Positions 28,940 through 39,446 are shown, counted from the first letter of the stretch. The stretch: 64,000 bases of DNA from Balneolaceae bacterium (GCA_007694095.1 RECI01000207.1:3217-67216); one strand, 5' to 3'. Notes: a model not told the origin generated them from the sequence alone. Translations and numbers: made by a program.

Positions 28940-29653
28940 ATGAAATACCTGATCTGTTCAGTTTTCTTATTTACCGGCATGCTTTTGGCTTTTTCCGGGT
29001 GCGGTGATCCATATAAGTCCGCAAAGGCAAGTTTTAGTAACCAGGCCGACTCTATCAGTTACAGCTTCGGCTATTTATCAGCCGCCAATCTTGCTGGAGA
29101 AGGCATTAAAGATATTGATATTGAAAATTTTATTGCCGGTTTTAACACCGGTTTGGAAGAAAATGAAGCCCTCATTGATGAAATGGAGATGCAAATGCTG
29201 CTTCAGACATACTTCCAGGATCTGCAGATGAGACAAATGGAAGAACGTGCAGCTCAGTCTGATGTTAATATCCAAAGAGGCAGGGCTTTTCTTGAAGAAA
29301 ATCTCAACAATTCTGATGTATTTGAAACCAATTCCGGGTTGCAATACCGTGTGCTCAGGGAAGGTGATGGCCCCAGGCCATCGGCCACAGACAGAGTCCA
29401 GGTTCACTACCACGGAACCCTTATTAATGACACCGTTTTCGACAGTTCAGTTGACCGTGGTGAGCCTGTAACGTTTGGCCTGAACCAGGTAATTCCCGGT
29501 TGGACTGAAGGCGTACAGCTAATGAATGTGGGTTCAAAATACCAGTTTTTCATTCCTCCAGACCTGGCTTATGGTAACAACCCGCCCCCGGGCAGCCCAA
29601 TCGAGCCTGGTTCTGTTCTGATATTCGAAGTGGAATTACTGGATATCAGATGA
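28940..29653 (+). CDS. FKBP-type peptidyl-prolyl isomerase (lipoprotein)
   Basis: SGC lipobox, DSISYSFG, SGLQY, VHYHGTL..FDSS, QVIPGWTEG, LAYG, LIFEVELL. Confidence 0.95.
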   Translation: MKYLICSVFLFTGMLLAFSGCGDPYKSAKASFSNQADSISYSFGYLSAANLAGEGIKDIDIENFIAGFNTGLEENEALIDEMEMQMLLQTYFQDLQMRQMEERAAQSDVNIQRGRAFLEENLNNSDVFETNSGLQYRVLREGDGPRPSATDRVQVHYHGTLINDTVFDSSVDRGEPVTFGLNQVIPGWTEGVQLMNVGSKYQFFIPPDLAYGNNPPPGSPIEPGSVLIFEVELLDIR

Positions 29654-29721
29654 GGCACTTCCGGCTCAAAATGATGAGTCAACAGGATTATTTTATTGTT
29701 TTCATTACAATAAATTCTAAA

Positions 29722-29756
29722 AAAAAAGCTTTCCATACTAAATGGAAAGCTTTTTT
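29722..29756. terminator. Bidirectional intrinsic terminator
   Basis: AAAAAAGCTTTCCAT-ACTAA-ATGGAAAGCTTTTTT between the convergent FKBP and trpB2 genes. Confidence 0.8.
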
Positions 29757-29827
29757 CATTTGAAGTCTATACAATATCAACTACTATAACTCCCAGGCAG
29801 CTATAACAGCATGCCTGATCCGGTTTT

Positions 29828-31189
29828 TTATAAGGGCTGCAGTTCCCGGATTTCTTTTAAGCCTTCTTTTAGTTCATTTTCAGTAAAGCTGTGATCAGTA
29901 AGTTTGCCGGCAAAGTAGTCGTCATAAGCCTGCATGTCAACATAACCGTGGCCGCACAGGTTGAACAGGATCGTTTTTTCAACACCTTCTTCTTTTGCCT
30001 GGTTTGCTTCCCGAATCACCTGGGCAACAGCGTGAGTGGCCTCGGGAGCTGCAATGATTCCTTCCGATTTGGCCAACATAACACCTGCTTCAAAACACTC
30101 AAGCTGCTGGAGAGCTACAGCTTCAATCAACCCGTCTTTGAGCAGCTGACTGCACAGCACACTTGCCCCATGATATCTCAGGCCGCCCGCATGAATGGCT
30201 GCCGGTTTGAAATTGTGGCCTAGGGTGTACATCGGAAGCAATGGGGTATATCCGGCCGAATCACCAAAATCATACATAAATTCACCCTGGGTCAGTTTGG
30301 GGCATGATGCCGGTTCAACTGCAACAAACCGGGTATTTTTTCCTTCAGTTAAATTGTTTTTTAGAAATGGAAATGATATTCCTGCAAAATTCGACCCCCC
30401 GCCAAGCGGTGCAATTACCACATCGGGATAATCCCCGGCATACTCAAGCTGCTTTATGGCTTCCTGGCCAATTACTGTCTGATGCAATAAAACATGGTTG
30501 AGTACCGAACCCAGGGAATATTTGGTATCGTCGTCCATAACAGCCCGTTCGATAGCCTCAGAAATTGCAATACCAAGACTGCCGCTGGTTTCAGGATCTT
30601 CGGCCAATATTCTTCGCCCCGCTTCAGTCCGGTCACTCGGTGAAGGATACACCTCGGCACCAAATGTATTCATCATCACTTTCCGATAAGGCTTTTGATC
30701 ATAACTTATTCGGACCATATAAACCTCACACCGGATGCCAAATTGGGCGCATGCAAAGGCGAGTGCGGTTCCCCACTGGCCGGCTCCTGTCTCAGTAGTA
30801 ATACTTTTCACCCCCTCCTGTTTATTATAGTATGCCTGAGGCACAGCGGTATTTGGCTTATGTGAACCGCTGGGACTCACTCCCTCGTACTTGTAATAGA
30901 TTTTTGCCGGTGTACCAAGCAATTTTTCAAGACCAGTAGCACGGTACATCGGTGTCGGTCGCCAAATTTTGTATATCTCTCGTACTTCATCGGGTATTTC
31001 TACATATCGCTCTGTTGAAACTTCCTGCATGATGAGGCCCATAGGAAAAATTGGGCTTAGGTCACCGGGCCCTGCAGGCTGACCGGTTTTGGGATTCAGG
31101 GGAGGCAGAGGTTTATTGGGCATATCTGCCATGATGTTGTACCAATGCGTTGGAATGTCGGATTCATCTAATAAAATTTTTCTGTTCAT
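29828..31189 (-). CDS. TrpB-like PLP enzyme (TrpB2 type)
   Basis: [60 protein letters not shown]; start set at the ATG at 31189 (ORF track extends to 31219). Confidence 0.93.
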   Translation of the reverse strand: MNRKILLDESDIPTHWYNIMADMPNKPLPPLNPKTGQPAGPGDLSPIFPMGLIMQEVSTERYVEIPDEVREIYKIWRPTPMYRATGLEKLLGTPAKIYYKYEGVSPSGSHKPNTAVPQAYYNKQEGVKSITTETGAGQWGTALAFACAQFGIRCEVYMVRISYDQKPYRKVMMNTFGAEVYPSPSDRTEAGRRILAEDPETSGSLGIAISEAIERAVMDDDTKYSLGSVLNHVLLHQTVIGQEAIKQLEYAGDYPDVVIAPLGGGSNFAGISFPFLKNNLTEGKNTRFVAVEPASCPKLTQGEFMYDFGDSAGYTPLLPMYTLGHNFKPAAIHAGGLRYHGASVLCSQLLKDGLIEAVALQQLECFEAGVMLAKSEGIIAAPEATHAVAQVIREANQAKEEGVEKTILFNLCGHGYVDMQAYDDYFAGKLTDHSFTENELKEGLKEIRELQPL

Positions 31190-31445
31190 GAGATCATTTT
31201 TGATTTGAGGTATCACCATTTTTACAGGGAGATGATACGAATTTTTTGAATATGGGAATGATGTGTATCCAAAAAGTTTTCCTGCCTGCTGGGATGAAAA
31301 CCCCCTAAGACAAGTAGGCAGCTTATACTGTAGAATCCGAATAAACTCCGAGATATTCCTTGGCTCCGCGGCAACGATTCAACCTTCGTTTTAATTCACA
31401 AAATTGATACCTTGTCACAAAATTTTTGATGAATATTCTATCTTC

Positions 31446-32603
31446 ATGAATAACCCGCTTTCTTCTGATTTTGTAATCGGTTTCCTGGGTGCAGGTCAAC
31501 TTGCCCGTATGTCGGCGCTTCAGGCATTTCGTTTTGGGATGCAGGTTGCCGTATTTTCAGACCGTCCCGAAGATGAACCTGTACAATTCATGACTCCCCG
31601 CTCTTACAGCGGCTCTTTTTCTGATGTGGAATCCATGTTGGAATTTGCCCGATCCTGTAATGTAATTACCCTCGAAAATGAATTCATCGACTCCGGTATC
31701 CTGCAGAAACTTAGAAATCTGTCGGGAACCCCCATGTTCCCTTCCCCCGAAAGTTTTGCACTAATTGAAAATAAGAGGATTGAAAAAGAAACTTTTGAAA
31801 AAGCCGGGATACCGGTCACCCCGTACGAAATAGTTGAGACTTCTGACGATCTAAGCAGATTCGGTGAACTCCACGGCTGGCCCTATCTACTCAAATCTTC
31901 AAAAGGAGGTTATGACGGTTATGGCAATCAGACTGTAAAATCACTGGAAGAAGCGCTGAATGCATTTCAAAATCTGGGTGGAAATACCGGTCACGAAATT
32001 CTTGCTGAGGCGTTCGTGGATTTTACCCACGAACTGGCAGTTCAGGTAGCCCGCAACGAGACCGGACATATAGTGTATCCCTGCTGTGAAACCGTGCAGG
32101 AAAACCATATCTGTGTAGCCGTAAAAACCCCTGCCCCGGTTAGCCTCGATATTCAAAAACGTGCACAGGAACTGGCCATCCGTGCCACGGAAGCCATCAA
32201 TGGTAAAGGAATTTTTGCTTTTGAATTTTTTCTCACCAGGAAAGGTGAGTTACTTCTAAACGAGTCGGCCCCACGTCCACACAATTCCGGCCATTACAGC
32301 ATCGAAGGGTGCGTCACATCACAATTCGAAAACCATATTCGTGCAGTTTGCGGTATGCCTTTGGGCAACCCTGAACTTATTAAACCGGCGGCTGTGATGA
32401 TCAATTTACTTGGTACCCAAAATCGGCCAACAGTAATTGAAAATTCGGAAGCAGCGCTCTCTGAACCCAATGGGCACATGCATCACTATGGCAAACTTCA
32501 CAGCAAACCGGGCCGAAAAATGGCCCATTATACGCTGCTGGGGAATCATGTGGAAGTGACATACTCAAGAGCAAAGAAACTGACCTCAAACATTGAAATT
32601 TAG
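31446..32603 (+). CDS. purK: 5-(carboxyamino)imidazole ribonucleotide synthase
   Basis: GAGQLARM, ITLENE, GGYDGYG, NESAPRPHNSGH, SQFENHIRA, GRKMAH; start set at the ATG at 31446. Confidence 0.92.
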   Translation: MNNPLSSDFVIGFLGAGQLARMSALQAFRFGMQVAVFSDRPEDEPVQFMTPRSYSGSFSDVESMLEFARSCNVITLENEFIDSGILQKLRNLSGTPMFPSPESFALIENKRIEKETFEKAGIPVTPYEIVETSDDLSRFGELHGWPYLLKSSKGGYDGYGNQTVKSLEEALNAFQNLGGNTGHEILAEAFVDFTHELAVQVARNETGHIVYPCCETVQENHICVAVKTPAPVSLDIQKRAQELAIRATEAINGKGIFAFEFFLTRKGELLLNESAPRPHNSGHYSIEGCVTSQFENHIRAVCGMPLGNPELIKPAAVMINLLGTQNRPTVIENSEAALSEPNGHMHHYGKLHSKPGRKMAHYTLLGNHVEVTYSRAKKLTSNIEI

Positions 32604-32834
32604 CAGCCATTCGGATGAGGAACGATTTTGGAGTTTCCGGCTATTCAATAGAAGAGAACATTATAATATGAGGTATCTTGCGTCTTTATTTACAAAATCT
32701 CAAAAGAGCCCGGAACATTGTACGGAATGACATTTTTAGTCCAAGATTTACTGAAGAATCTGTCATGAAATATTATTACTATCCAATTCATTAATAAATA
32801 TTCTTTTATATAAATTTATCATTTACTTCCGTTT

Positions 32835-34481
32835 ATGGAAAATACGGGAACTCGCTTAAACGAAGCCGCTATAGATTTTAAAGAACAATTTGAAGTCAAC
32901 GGTTTTGCAGGCCCGGTAAAAATTTTTCCGGGTGCCCTGGCGGAAAAATTATCAAAGCAATTATCAAGGCAATTATCAAAATCACCCTCACCGGTGTGGT
33001 CAAAGGGGCATGCAGTTTCATCGAGAGATTATTATGATATTGCAACCAATCCAGCTATCCTGGATCGTGTATCTGCAATTTTGGGTGAAGATGTTATGCT
33101 ATGGGGTGCAAGCATGGTGAGCCGGCAGCCCGGCAATGTACATCCCTGGCATTCTGATATGGAAACTGTTGGAGGTATAGGCCGAACCGTTTCTGTTTGG
33201 TTGGGCCTGGATAATGTTAACTATAACTCATCACTGCAGGTTATCCGGCACTCCCACAAATTTGGTGTTACCGTCCAGGAGATGAGGCACAAAACCGGAA
33301 TCGACCGTTTAGATGTAAAACCGGAAATAGTGCTGAAATGGGCCAAAGAAATAAATTCCAGGGCAGGGCTTCTTACCTGTTCAATGAATAATGGTGATGC
33401 TATTTTCTTTGATGGAAACCTATGGCATGGAACAGACAACCTAAACCTGACAGGAACCAGAAAAGCGTTACTCATACAATATGCTACACCCGACCGTCTT
33501 ATTCAGGCTCCATCATACAAACATCTTGACTGGCCATTTCAGTTTCGGGATGATATTCGACCACCCTGTCTGATCGTAAGAGGCTCCGATAAATTTGGCG
33601 TTAACGATATTGTGGAACCTCCGTCTTCATCCAGTAACATCAAAAGCTGGATTGTACAACTGGATTTACCGCTTCAGGATGACAAAGAAAAAGGTTGGAA
33701 ACCTCACCATATACATCACGGATTTTCTCCGGCGATGGAAACTCTAACATGCCATGTATCCGTATTGAGCCCTGGCCGAACACCTCATCCGCCTCACAGG
33801 CACCCTGAAGAAGAGATTTTGATTGTGCTCGATGGTAAAGCCACTATTTTGATTGGTGATGACGTTGATCAGCAATCAAAGACCATGCACCGGGGTGAAT
33901 TTGTATATTATCCCGGCGGCCAAACCCACACCATCCGGAATGATTCCAATTCCAACATCACATATCTGATGTTCAAATGGCATAATAAAAACGTAAAACA
34001 ATCCGGCGATTTACTCCAAACCTCGATAGTTAACCAATCAAATGAGAATGGCCCAAGCCGGAATTTCGAATCCCGGTCATGGACTGTGAGAAGGTTATTA
34101 CAGGGCAAAACTGAACACCTTTCAAAATTACACTCTCATATGAGTATACTTAAACCGGGTGGTGGTTATGAACCTCATGCTGACAATTATGATGTAGCAC
34201 TTCTTGTTTTAAGCGGTACTGTGGAAACGCTTGGCCGAAAAGTTGGGCCTAATGGTGTAATATTCTATTTTACCGGAGAACCTCATGGAATAAAAAATAT
34301 TGGTGATGAAAATGCTTATTATCTCGTTTTTGAATTTCATGCCGGTACACATCAGAAGAATTTAAAACGTCTTATTAAAAAAGCTGTCTGGATAATACTG
34401 GGATACACTTCCCGGATTTTACCGACACCAATGCGCATTAAAGCAAGGAAAACACTTTCATCTCTTCGGGTCAAAACCTGA
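32835..34481 (+). CDS. PhyH-type Fe(II)/2-oxoglutarate dioxygenase fused to two cupin domains
   Basis: ILDRVSAILG, PWHSD, SVWLGLD, LWHGT..R; cupin 1 HPPHRHPEEE..QTH; cupin 2 EPHADNYD..EPH. Confidence 0.8.
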   Translation: MENTGTRLNEAAIDFKEQFEVNGFAGPVKIFPGALAEKLSKQLSRQLSKSPSPVWSKGHAVSSRDYYDIATNPAILDRVSAILGEDVMLWGASMVSRQPGNVHPWHSDMETVGGIGRTVSVWLGLDNVNYNSSLQVIRHSHKFGVTVQEMRHKTGIDRLDVKPEIVLKWAKEINSRAGLLTCSMNNGDAIFFDGNLWHGTDNLNLTGTRKALLIQYATPDRLIQAPSYKHLDWPFQFRDDIRPPCLIVRGSDKFGVNDIVEPPSSSSNIKSWIVQLDLPLQDDKEKGWKPHHIHHGFSPAMETLTCHVSVLSPGRTPHPPHRHPEEEILIVLDGKATILIGDDVDQQSKTMHRGEFVYYPGGQTHTIRNDSNSNITYLMFKWHNKNVKQSGDLLQTSIVNQSNENGPSRNFESRSWTVRRLLQGKTEHLSKLHSHMSILKPGGGYEPHADNYDVALLVLSGTVETLGRKVGPNGVIFYFTGEPHGIKNIGDENAYYLVFEFHAGTHQKNLKRLIKKAVWIILGYTSRILPTPMRIKARKTLSSLRVKT

Positions 34482-34511
34482 CAACATCCTACCTTTTGCA
34501 GATGAAATATC

Positions 34512-34638
34512 GCATTAAGCAATAGGCGAAAAAGACTTCCGAAGTCTCTCTTCATTTTTTTAAAACTTCGATTGTTTAATCTATACGGTATTCTTTTGCA
34601 AGTTCGAAAGACTTCGGAAGTCTATCGCTTAATCCGGG
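34512..34638. repeat. REPIN/MITE-like element, copy 1
   Basis: AGACTTCCGAAGTCT (34533-34547) and its reverse complement AGACTTCGGAAGTCT (34609-34623), 61 bp apart; flanks match 46420-46545 in inverted orientation. Confidence 0.85.
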
Positions 34639-34791
34639 ATAAGATCATTTCTCATCGGAAAGACATCTCCACAGCCTCGTTTCAAACATAACGAGCAGGT
34701 CTCGGGCCATCCTGGCTGACCACATCAGCCAGAGTACTGTTTACAACAGATAATCTCGGTCCTTGGTCTTTCCGGGTTGAAAAAACATTAC

Positions 34792-36372
34792 TCATGCCTG
34801 TTTTACATGCTGATTTACCATCCGCTGTATGCCCAAAGGATTGCCTTCTTTCAGTTCATTGGGAAGCATGGCATCGGGAAAATCCTGGTAGCAGACAGGC
34901 CTGCTGAACCTGTAGATGGCTGCTGTTCCTACGGAGGTGGATTGTGACGAAGTACTGGCCGGGTATGGACCACCATGCATCATTGAAGAACATACTTCCA
35001 CGCCGGTAGGATAACCGTTAAAGATCAGGCGGCCTACCTTGCGTTCAAGAATCCGGATGAGTTCTTCATACGCGGCAAATTCTTGTTCTGAACCGTGGAT
35101 GGTAGCCGTTAAGTGGCCCTGAAGCTTTCCGGCGATAGTTAACATCTCTTCCTTCCCGGATACATTTACAAGAAGTGTGGAAGGACCAAAGATTTCCTCA
35201 TCTAGCTTATCATGACTTTGGAATGTTTTGTAATCTGTTGTATAAACGCATGCCGAGACCTGGTTGTCTTTTTCTGATAACCGGCCGTCTGCAGTTTTTT
35301 CAATACCGGGAATTGTTTCAAGTTTTTGCAATCCTGTAATGTAATCATCTTTAATTCTCCCGGAGAGCATTGTTCCTGCCGGGATAGCCGCTATATTATT
35401 TTGCAGATTATTCAGAAATGCGTCAGCCTCATCAGATTTTTTTGTAATAATCAATCCGGGACTGGTGCAAAACTGGCCAACACCAAGCGTTACAGAATTG
35501 GTGATTCCGGAAGCGATTTTTTCACCCCATTCTTTTAAGGCTCCCGGTAAAATAAATACAGGATTGGAACTTCCCATTTCTGCAAAAACAGGAATCGGTA
35601 TCTCCCGTTGATTGGCAGCATCAAAAATAGCCTTGCCCCCTTTGAAAGAACCTGTAAACCCAATTGCGGTTATTTTTGGATGTTTCACAACATCCATACC
35701 CACCTGATTGGAAACACCCTGCAACAGTGAGAAAACACCGTCCGGCATGTTTGATTTTACAGCTGCTTTCAGGATTGCTTTCGCAACAATTTCTGAGGTG
35801 CCCGGATGCAGGGGATGTGCTTTTACAACTACAGGACAGCCCGCTGCAAGAGCCGAAGCCGTGTCACCACCGGCCACGGAAAAAGCCAATGGAAAATTGC
35901 TGGCACCAAAAATTCCTGCAGGCCCAAGGGGAATCTGCATGTAGCGCAGGTCAGGTTTCGGCACCGGTTGCCTGCCGGGGATGGCCGTATCTATTCGGGC
36001 ATCAACCCAGGAACCTTCACGTACTACATCAGCAAATAATTTTAACTGGTTTACGGTACGCCCCCGTTCACCTGTAAGCCGGGCTTCAGGCAGGGCAGTT
36101 TCCAACATACAACGTTGAATGAGCTCATCGCCAAAATTCAGTATTTCATCAGCGATAGCTTCCAGGAAAGAAGCCCGCTCCTCATTCGATTTCATCCGGT
36201 ATGGTAAAAATGCTTCGTCTGCCTTGGATACAGCACGTTCAACTTCATCCGGTGTGGCTGATTTAAAGTGTGTTTCAAGCAGGGATTGGTCAGCGGGGTT
36301 TACAGCCTGGAATGTTTCCGATCCCTGTCCTGAATGATCAAGTCCAATAAAGTTAAGGCCTGTTAAAGTCAT
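34792..36372 (-). CDS. NADP-dependent aldehyde dehydrogenase (alpha-ketoglutaric semialdehyde dehydrogenase-like)
   Basis: ASNFPLAFSVAGGDTASALAAGCPV, FTGS..GG, EMGSSNP, GVGQFCTSPG, EEIFGP, HGGPYPAS, RPVCYQ. Confidence 0.9.
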   Translation of the reverse strand: MTLTGLNFIGLDHSGQGSETFQAVNPADQSLLETHFKSATPDEVERAVSKADEAFLPYRMKSNEERASFLEAIADEILNFGDELIQRCMLETALPEARLTGERGRTVNQLKLFADVVREGSWVDARIDTAIPGRQPVPKPDLRYMQIPLGPAGIFGASNFPLAFSVAGGDTASALAAGCPVVVKAHPLHPGTSEIVAKAILKAAVKSNMPDGVFSLLQGVSNQVGMDVVKHPKITAIGFTGSFKGGKAIFDAANQREIPIPVFAEMGSSNPVFILPGALKEWGEKIASGITNSVTLGVGQFCTSPGLIITKKSDEADAFLNNLQNNIAAIPAGTMLSGRIKDDYITGLQKLETIPGIEKTADGRLSEKDNQVSACVYTTDYKTFQSHDKLDEEIFGPSTLLVNVSGKEEMLTIAGKLQGHLTATIHGSEQEFAAYEELIRILERKVGRLIFNGYPTGVEVCSSMMHGGPYPASTSSQSTSVGTAAIYRFSRPVCYQDFPDAMLPNELKEGNPLGIQRMVNQHVKQA

Positions 36373-36424
36373 ATTTTTAAATTTTTTGTTGAAAAAAAGA
36401 ATAAGTACTTAAAATGTAAAGTTT

Positions 36425-37258
36425 TCAGTTACCAACATAATTTACCAAAGTTCCGATATGGTCAATCGTTATTCGTACTTCATCACCTGTTTCAAGGGTA
36501 AAATTGTCTGGCGGAACAATACCGGTTCCGGTCATCAGTAAACATCCGTCAGGAAAAGTAGTTTCCATGTACAAATAACGTACCAGATCCTTGAATTCAC
36601 GCTTGATCTGGCTTACATCCGTTTCGCCTTCAAATACTATATTTCCACGAATAATCTCCAGGCGAATACGCGTGTCATTCGGTAAAGCGGCTCCCGGCAC
36701 ATAAATACATGGGCCGATGGCAGCTGCCCGGTCGTAGCTTTTTGCCTGTGGCAGGTAGAGTGGGTTTTCCCCTTCTATATCCCTGGAACTCATATCATTG
36801 CCTATAGTATATCCAATAATTTCTGCATCTGAGTTTATCAGCAGAGTTAGCTCCGGTTCCGGGACATTCCATCGTGAATCTTTTCTGATTCTTACTATCT
36901 CCCCGGGGCCTGCTGCCCGAAAAGCCATAGATTTGAAAAACAGTTCAGGCCGGTCAGCATGGTAAACACGGTCATAAAAATTGCCTCCGCCCGAATGTTT
37001 GGATTCATCCATTCGTGCCTCCCTGCTTCTATAATATGTGACACCTGCAGCCCATATCTCCTGGCTGCCAATAGGTGCGATTAATTCATTTTCAATTCGT
37101 TGACCGGCATCCGGAAAAGGGGAAAGATCCCTGGTAATATCTTTTAAATAGTCGTGCAGGTTGCCCCTGTTTATTAATTTATCCCAGTTTTCATTGAAAA
37201 GATAATAGTTCAGTTCATGTTCGACCAGAATTCCACTTTTTGTGTTATATATTTTCAT
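36425..37258 (-). CDS. Fumarylacetoacetate hydrolase-family protein (2-keto-3-deoxypentonate dehydratase-like)
   Basis: QEIWAAGVTYYRSREAR, RPELFFKS, WNVPEPEL, GNDMSSRDIEGENPLYLPQAK, LMTGTGIVP. Confidence 0.85.
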   Translation of the reverse strand: MKIYNTKSGILVEHELNYYLFNENWDKLINRGNLHDYLKDITRDLSPFPDAGQRIENELIAPIGSQEIWAAGVTYYRSREARMDESKHSGGGNFYDRVYHADRPELFFKSMAFRAAGPGEIVRIRKDSRWNVPEPELTLLINSDAEIIGYTIGNDMSSRDIEGENPLYLPQAKSYDRAAAIGPCIYVPGAALPNDTRIRLEIIRGNIVFEGETDVSQIKREFKDLVRYLYMETTFPDGCLLMTGTGIVPPDNFTLETGDEVRITIDHIGTLVNYVGN

Positions 37259-37290
37259 AGGAAGGAAGGTTGTATAAAGGCGTGGTTCAA

Positions 37291-38628
37291 TTATAAAATA
37301 ATAAATCTCAAAATGGTCAGGAATATCATAGCCGAAAAACCGAGCACCGCCGATCCAATGGTTTGAAGCTGATATCCCTGGCTTACACTCATTCCACTCA
37401 TTTGTGTAACTACCCAGAAGAAGCTGTCGTTGGCGTGAGATACCACAGCCGATCCTGCACCAATGGCAATTACCATCATCGCTTTAGCCAATTCGGTCTC
37501 CAGGCCCATATCAGGTACCAGGGGAGCAAGTATGGATGCAGTAGTGATAAGTGCTACAGTGGATGAACCCTGTGCTGATTTAATGGCCGCAGCTGTGAGG
37601 AAAGGCAGCCAGATACCGAAACGGGATCCTCCGATCATTGTCCCTAAAAGAACACCTATGTCGGAACTTTGCAAAACTTTGCCGAATGCACCACCCGCAC
37701 CGGTAATCAGTATAATAATGGCTGCGCTTTGAAGTGCCTTGCCAACCCAGCCGCTGGCACCGAACATGGATTTATCCAGCTTTTTTGGCAGCAGAAAAGC
37801 GAAAAACATACCCACACATAGTGCTGCCACAGGGTGGCCAATGAAACCGATGAACGTTTTAAATTGACCGTCGCCGAAAGGTTCTGTGGGATAGTTGCCA
37901 ATGGATCGCAATACGATAAGGATGATGGGAATAACAATTGGCAGAAACGATTTAAAGGGAGATGGGGCGCCAATGATTTTTTGTTCTACCTCTTCTTTTT
38001 GCAGTTCTGGTTCGGGGTCTATATACACTTTCTTTCCTATGTATTTAGTAAAGAAAATGATAACAACAAGGGCGCCTGTACTGGTAAATAATCCCAGCAG
38101 CATAACCATGCCGAGATCAGCCTGTAGGAGTCCTGCCGCAGCGATAGGCCCGGGAGTTGGCGGCACCATGGTATGAGTGGCAGTTAACCCCATGGAAAGT
38201 GCAATGGCCGTGCCGGCAATGGACAGGTTGGCTTTTTTTGTGAGCGCCTTGTTAAGTGAAGCCAAAATAACAAACCCGCTGTCGGCAAATACAGGGATCG
38301 ATACGATATAACCGATCACAGCCATGGCCGTGTGTACACTTTTTTCCCCGATCCAAATCAATATCCGGTGTGCCAGGGCGTATGCCCCACCCGAATTCTC
38401 AAGGAAAACCCCGATAATAATGCCGATGATGATAATAAGGCCAATTTGCCCTAAGGTACCGCCAAATCCCTCATTGATGGCAAGTATTATCTGCTCTGCA
38501 GGCATACCCGAACCTATTCCAAATAAAAATGCAGCGGTTAACAATGCGAGAAAAGGATGCAGGTTATACCGGGCTGTGGAAACAACTATGAAAACTATGC
38601 AAAGCAGAATCAGGATTACGGTGAGCAT
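37291..38628 (-). CDS. GntP-family sugar-acid permease
   Basis: LHPFLALL, GFGGTLG, HTMVPPTPGP, TGAGGAFG, AQGSSTVA, SHANDSFFW. Confidence 0.93.
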   Translation of the reverse strand: MLTVILILLCIVFIVVSTARYNLHPFLALLTAAFLFGIGSGMPAEQIILAINEGFGGTLGQIGLIIIIGIIIGVFLENSGGAYALAHRILIWIGEKSVHTAMAVIGYIVSIPVFADSGFVILASLNKALTKKANLSIAGTAIALSMGLTATHTMVPPTPGPIAAAGLLQADLGMVMLLGLFTSTGALVVIIFFTKYIGKKVYIDPEPELQKEEVEQKIIGAPSPFKSFLPIVIPIILIVLRSIGNYPTEPFGDGQFKTFIGFIGHPVAALCVGMFFAFLLPKKLDKSMFGASGWVGKALQSAAIIILITGAGGAFGKVLQSSDIGVLLGTMIGGSRFGIWLPFLTAAAIKSAQGSSTVALITTASILAPLVPDMGLETELAKAMMVIAIGAGSAVVSHANDSFFWVVTQMSGMSVSQGYQLQTIGSAVLGFSAMIFLTILRFIIL

Positions 38629-39032
38629 GGTTCTGTGTGTTTTTTTAGTTGCTTGATTAAGCTGTCCTCAATCGGCTGAAAAAAAAAGACGGCTCGGTTA
38701 CTATCCTTTTTAAGAAACTGACATCATTATGGATATTGTTTTTATAATGACGGCGTGTTCAGGTTAAGGTCAATTCCCAATCCTGTCAAGTATTATTTTA
38801 ACGGGTATCGCAGGGTTAAATCAATTTTCACGAATCGAACCATGGCTGCCTGAAACGGGCCGATTTTTTATTATAATTTTTTAATTATCATTTGAATAAC
38901 TCAAGATTTTTATGCACTTTCGGTTTTTGAAATAAACAAAAAACAATCTCACTTTTCTAAAAGGCATGCCTGTTTTGAGAAGTAAAGAGGTTTAGAGGGA
39001 ATGCCTGGCGAAAATTCTAAACGGAGAAAAAC

Positions 39033-39431
39033 ATGGTTCCACAGCCTGTTACGCAACGAAGAAACGAGAAGCAGTCAGATTTACCCGTCATACGTTTTAC
39101 GCGGTTTCATTGTCGGCAAACAAAAGCTTTCCTTTTTGTTTTTTTGATCATCATACCTTTCTCTTCCGGGTGCTACCATTACAGGGTAATTGCACCTGAT
39201 CCTGAACCCGCAACAGACTATGAAAAGCGTACGGTGCACTCCCTTTTCTGGGGCTTGATGCAGGCCAGGGACATTTCTGCCGATGACTGTCTGAGCAACG
39301 CCCTCGACGAGATCCGAATAACCACCAACCTTGGCTACTCTGTAATTTCGGTGGCTACAGTCGGAATCTGGATGCCGATGGATTTGCGATGGCGATGTGC
39401 AAAAGAACCACTGTTTGAAGGTGAAATTTAA
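39033..39431 (+). CDS. Bor/Iss-like outer-membrane lipoprotein
   Basis: Hydrophobic stretch plus SSGC lipobox; HSLFWGL, C..N, VATVGIWMP..RWRC match the Bor pattern; the true start may be downstream. Confidence 0.7.
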   Translation: MVPQPVTQRRNEKQSDLPVIRFTRFHCRQTKAFLFVFLIIIPFSSGCYHYRVIAPDPEPATDYEKRTVHSLFWGLMQARDISADDCLSNALDEIRITTNLGYSVISVATVGIWMPMDLRWRCAKEPLFEGEI

Positions 39432-39446
39432 ATCGGGATACATAGC

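Noticed and set aside
31240-31400. Riboswitch or attenuator upstream of trpB2
   Set aside because: Only a CTGCCTGCT/AGTAGGCAG hairpin was found; no Trp-rich leader peptide, T-box or known aptamer motif.
32835-33620. SyrB2/BarB-type halogenase
   Set aside because: The metal motif is H-S-D (carboxylate retained), whereas these halogenases have Ala or Gly at that position; there is no NRPS carrier protein nearby.
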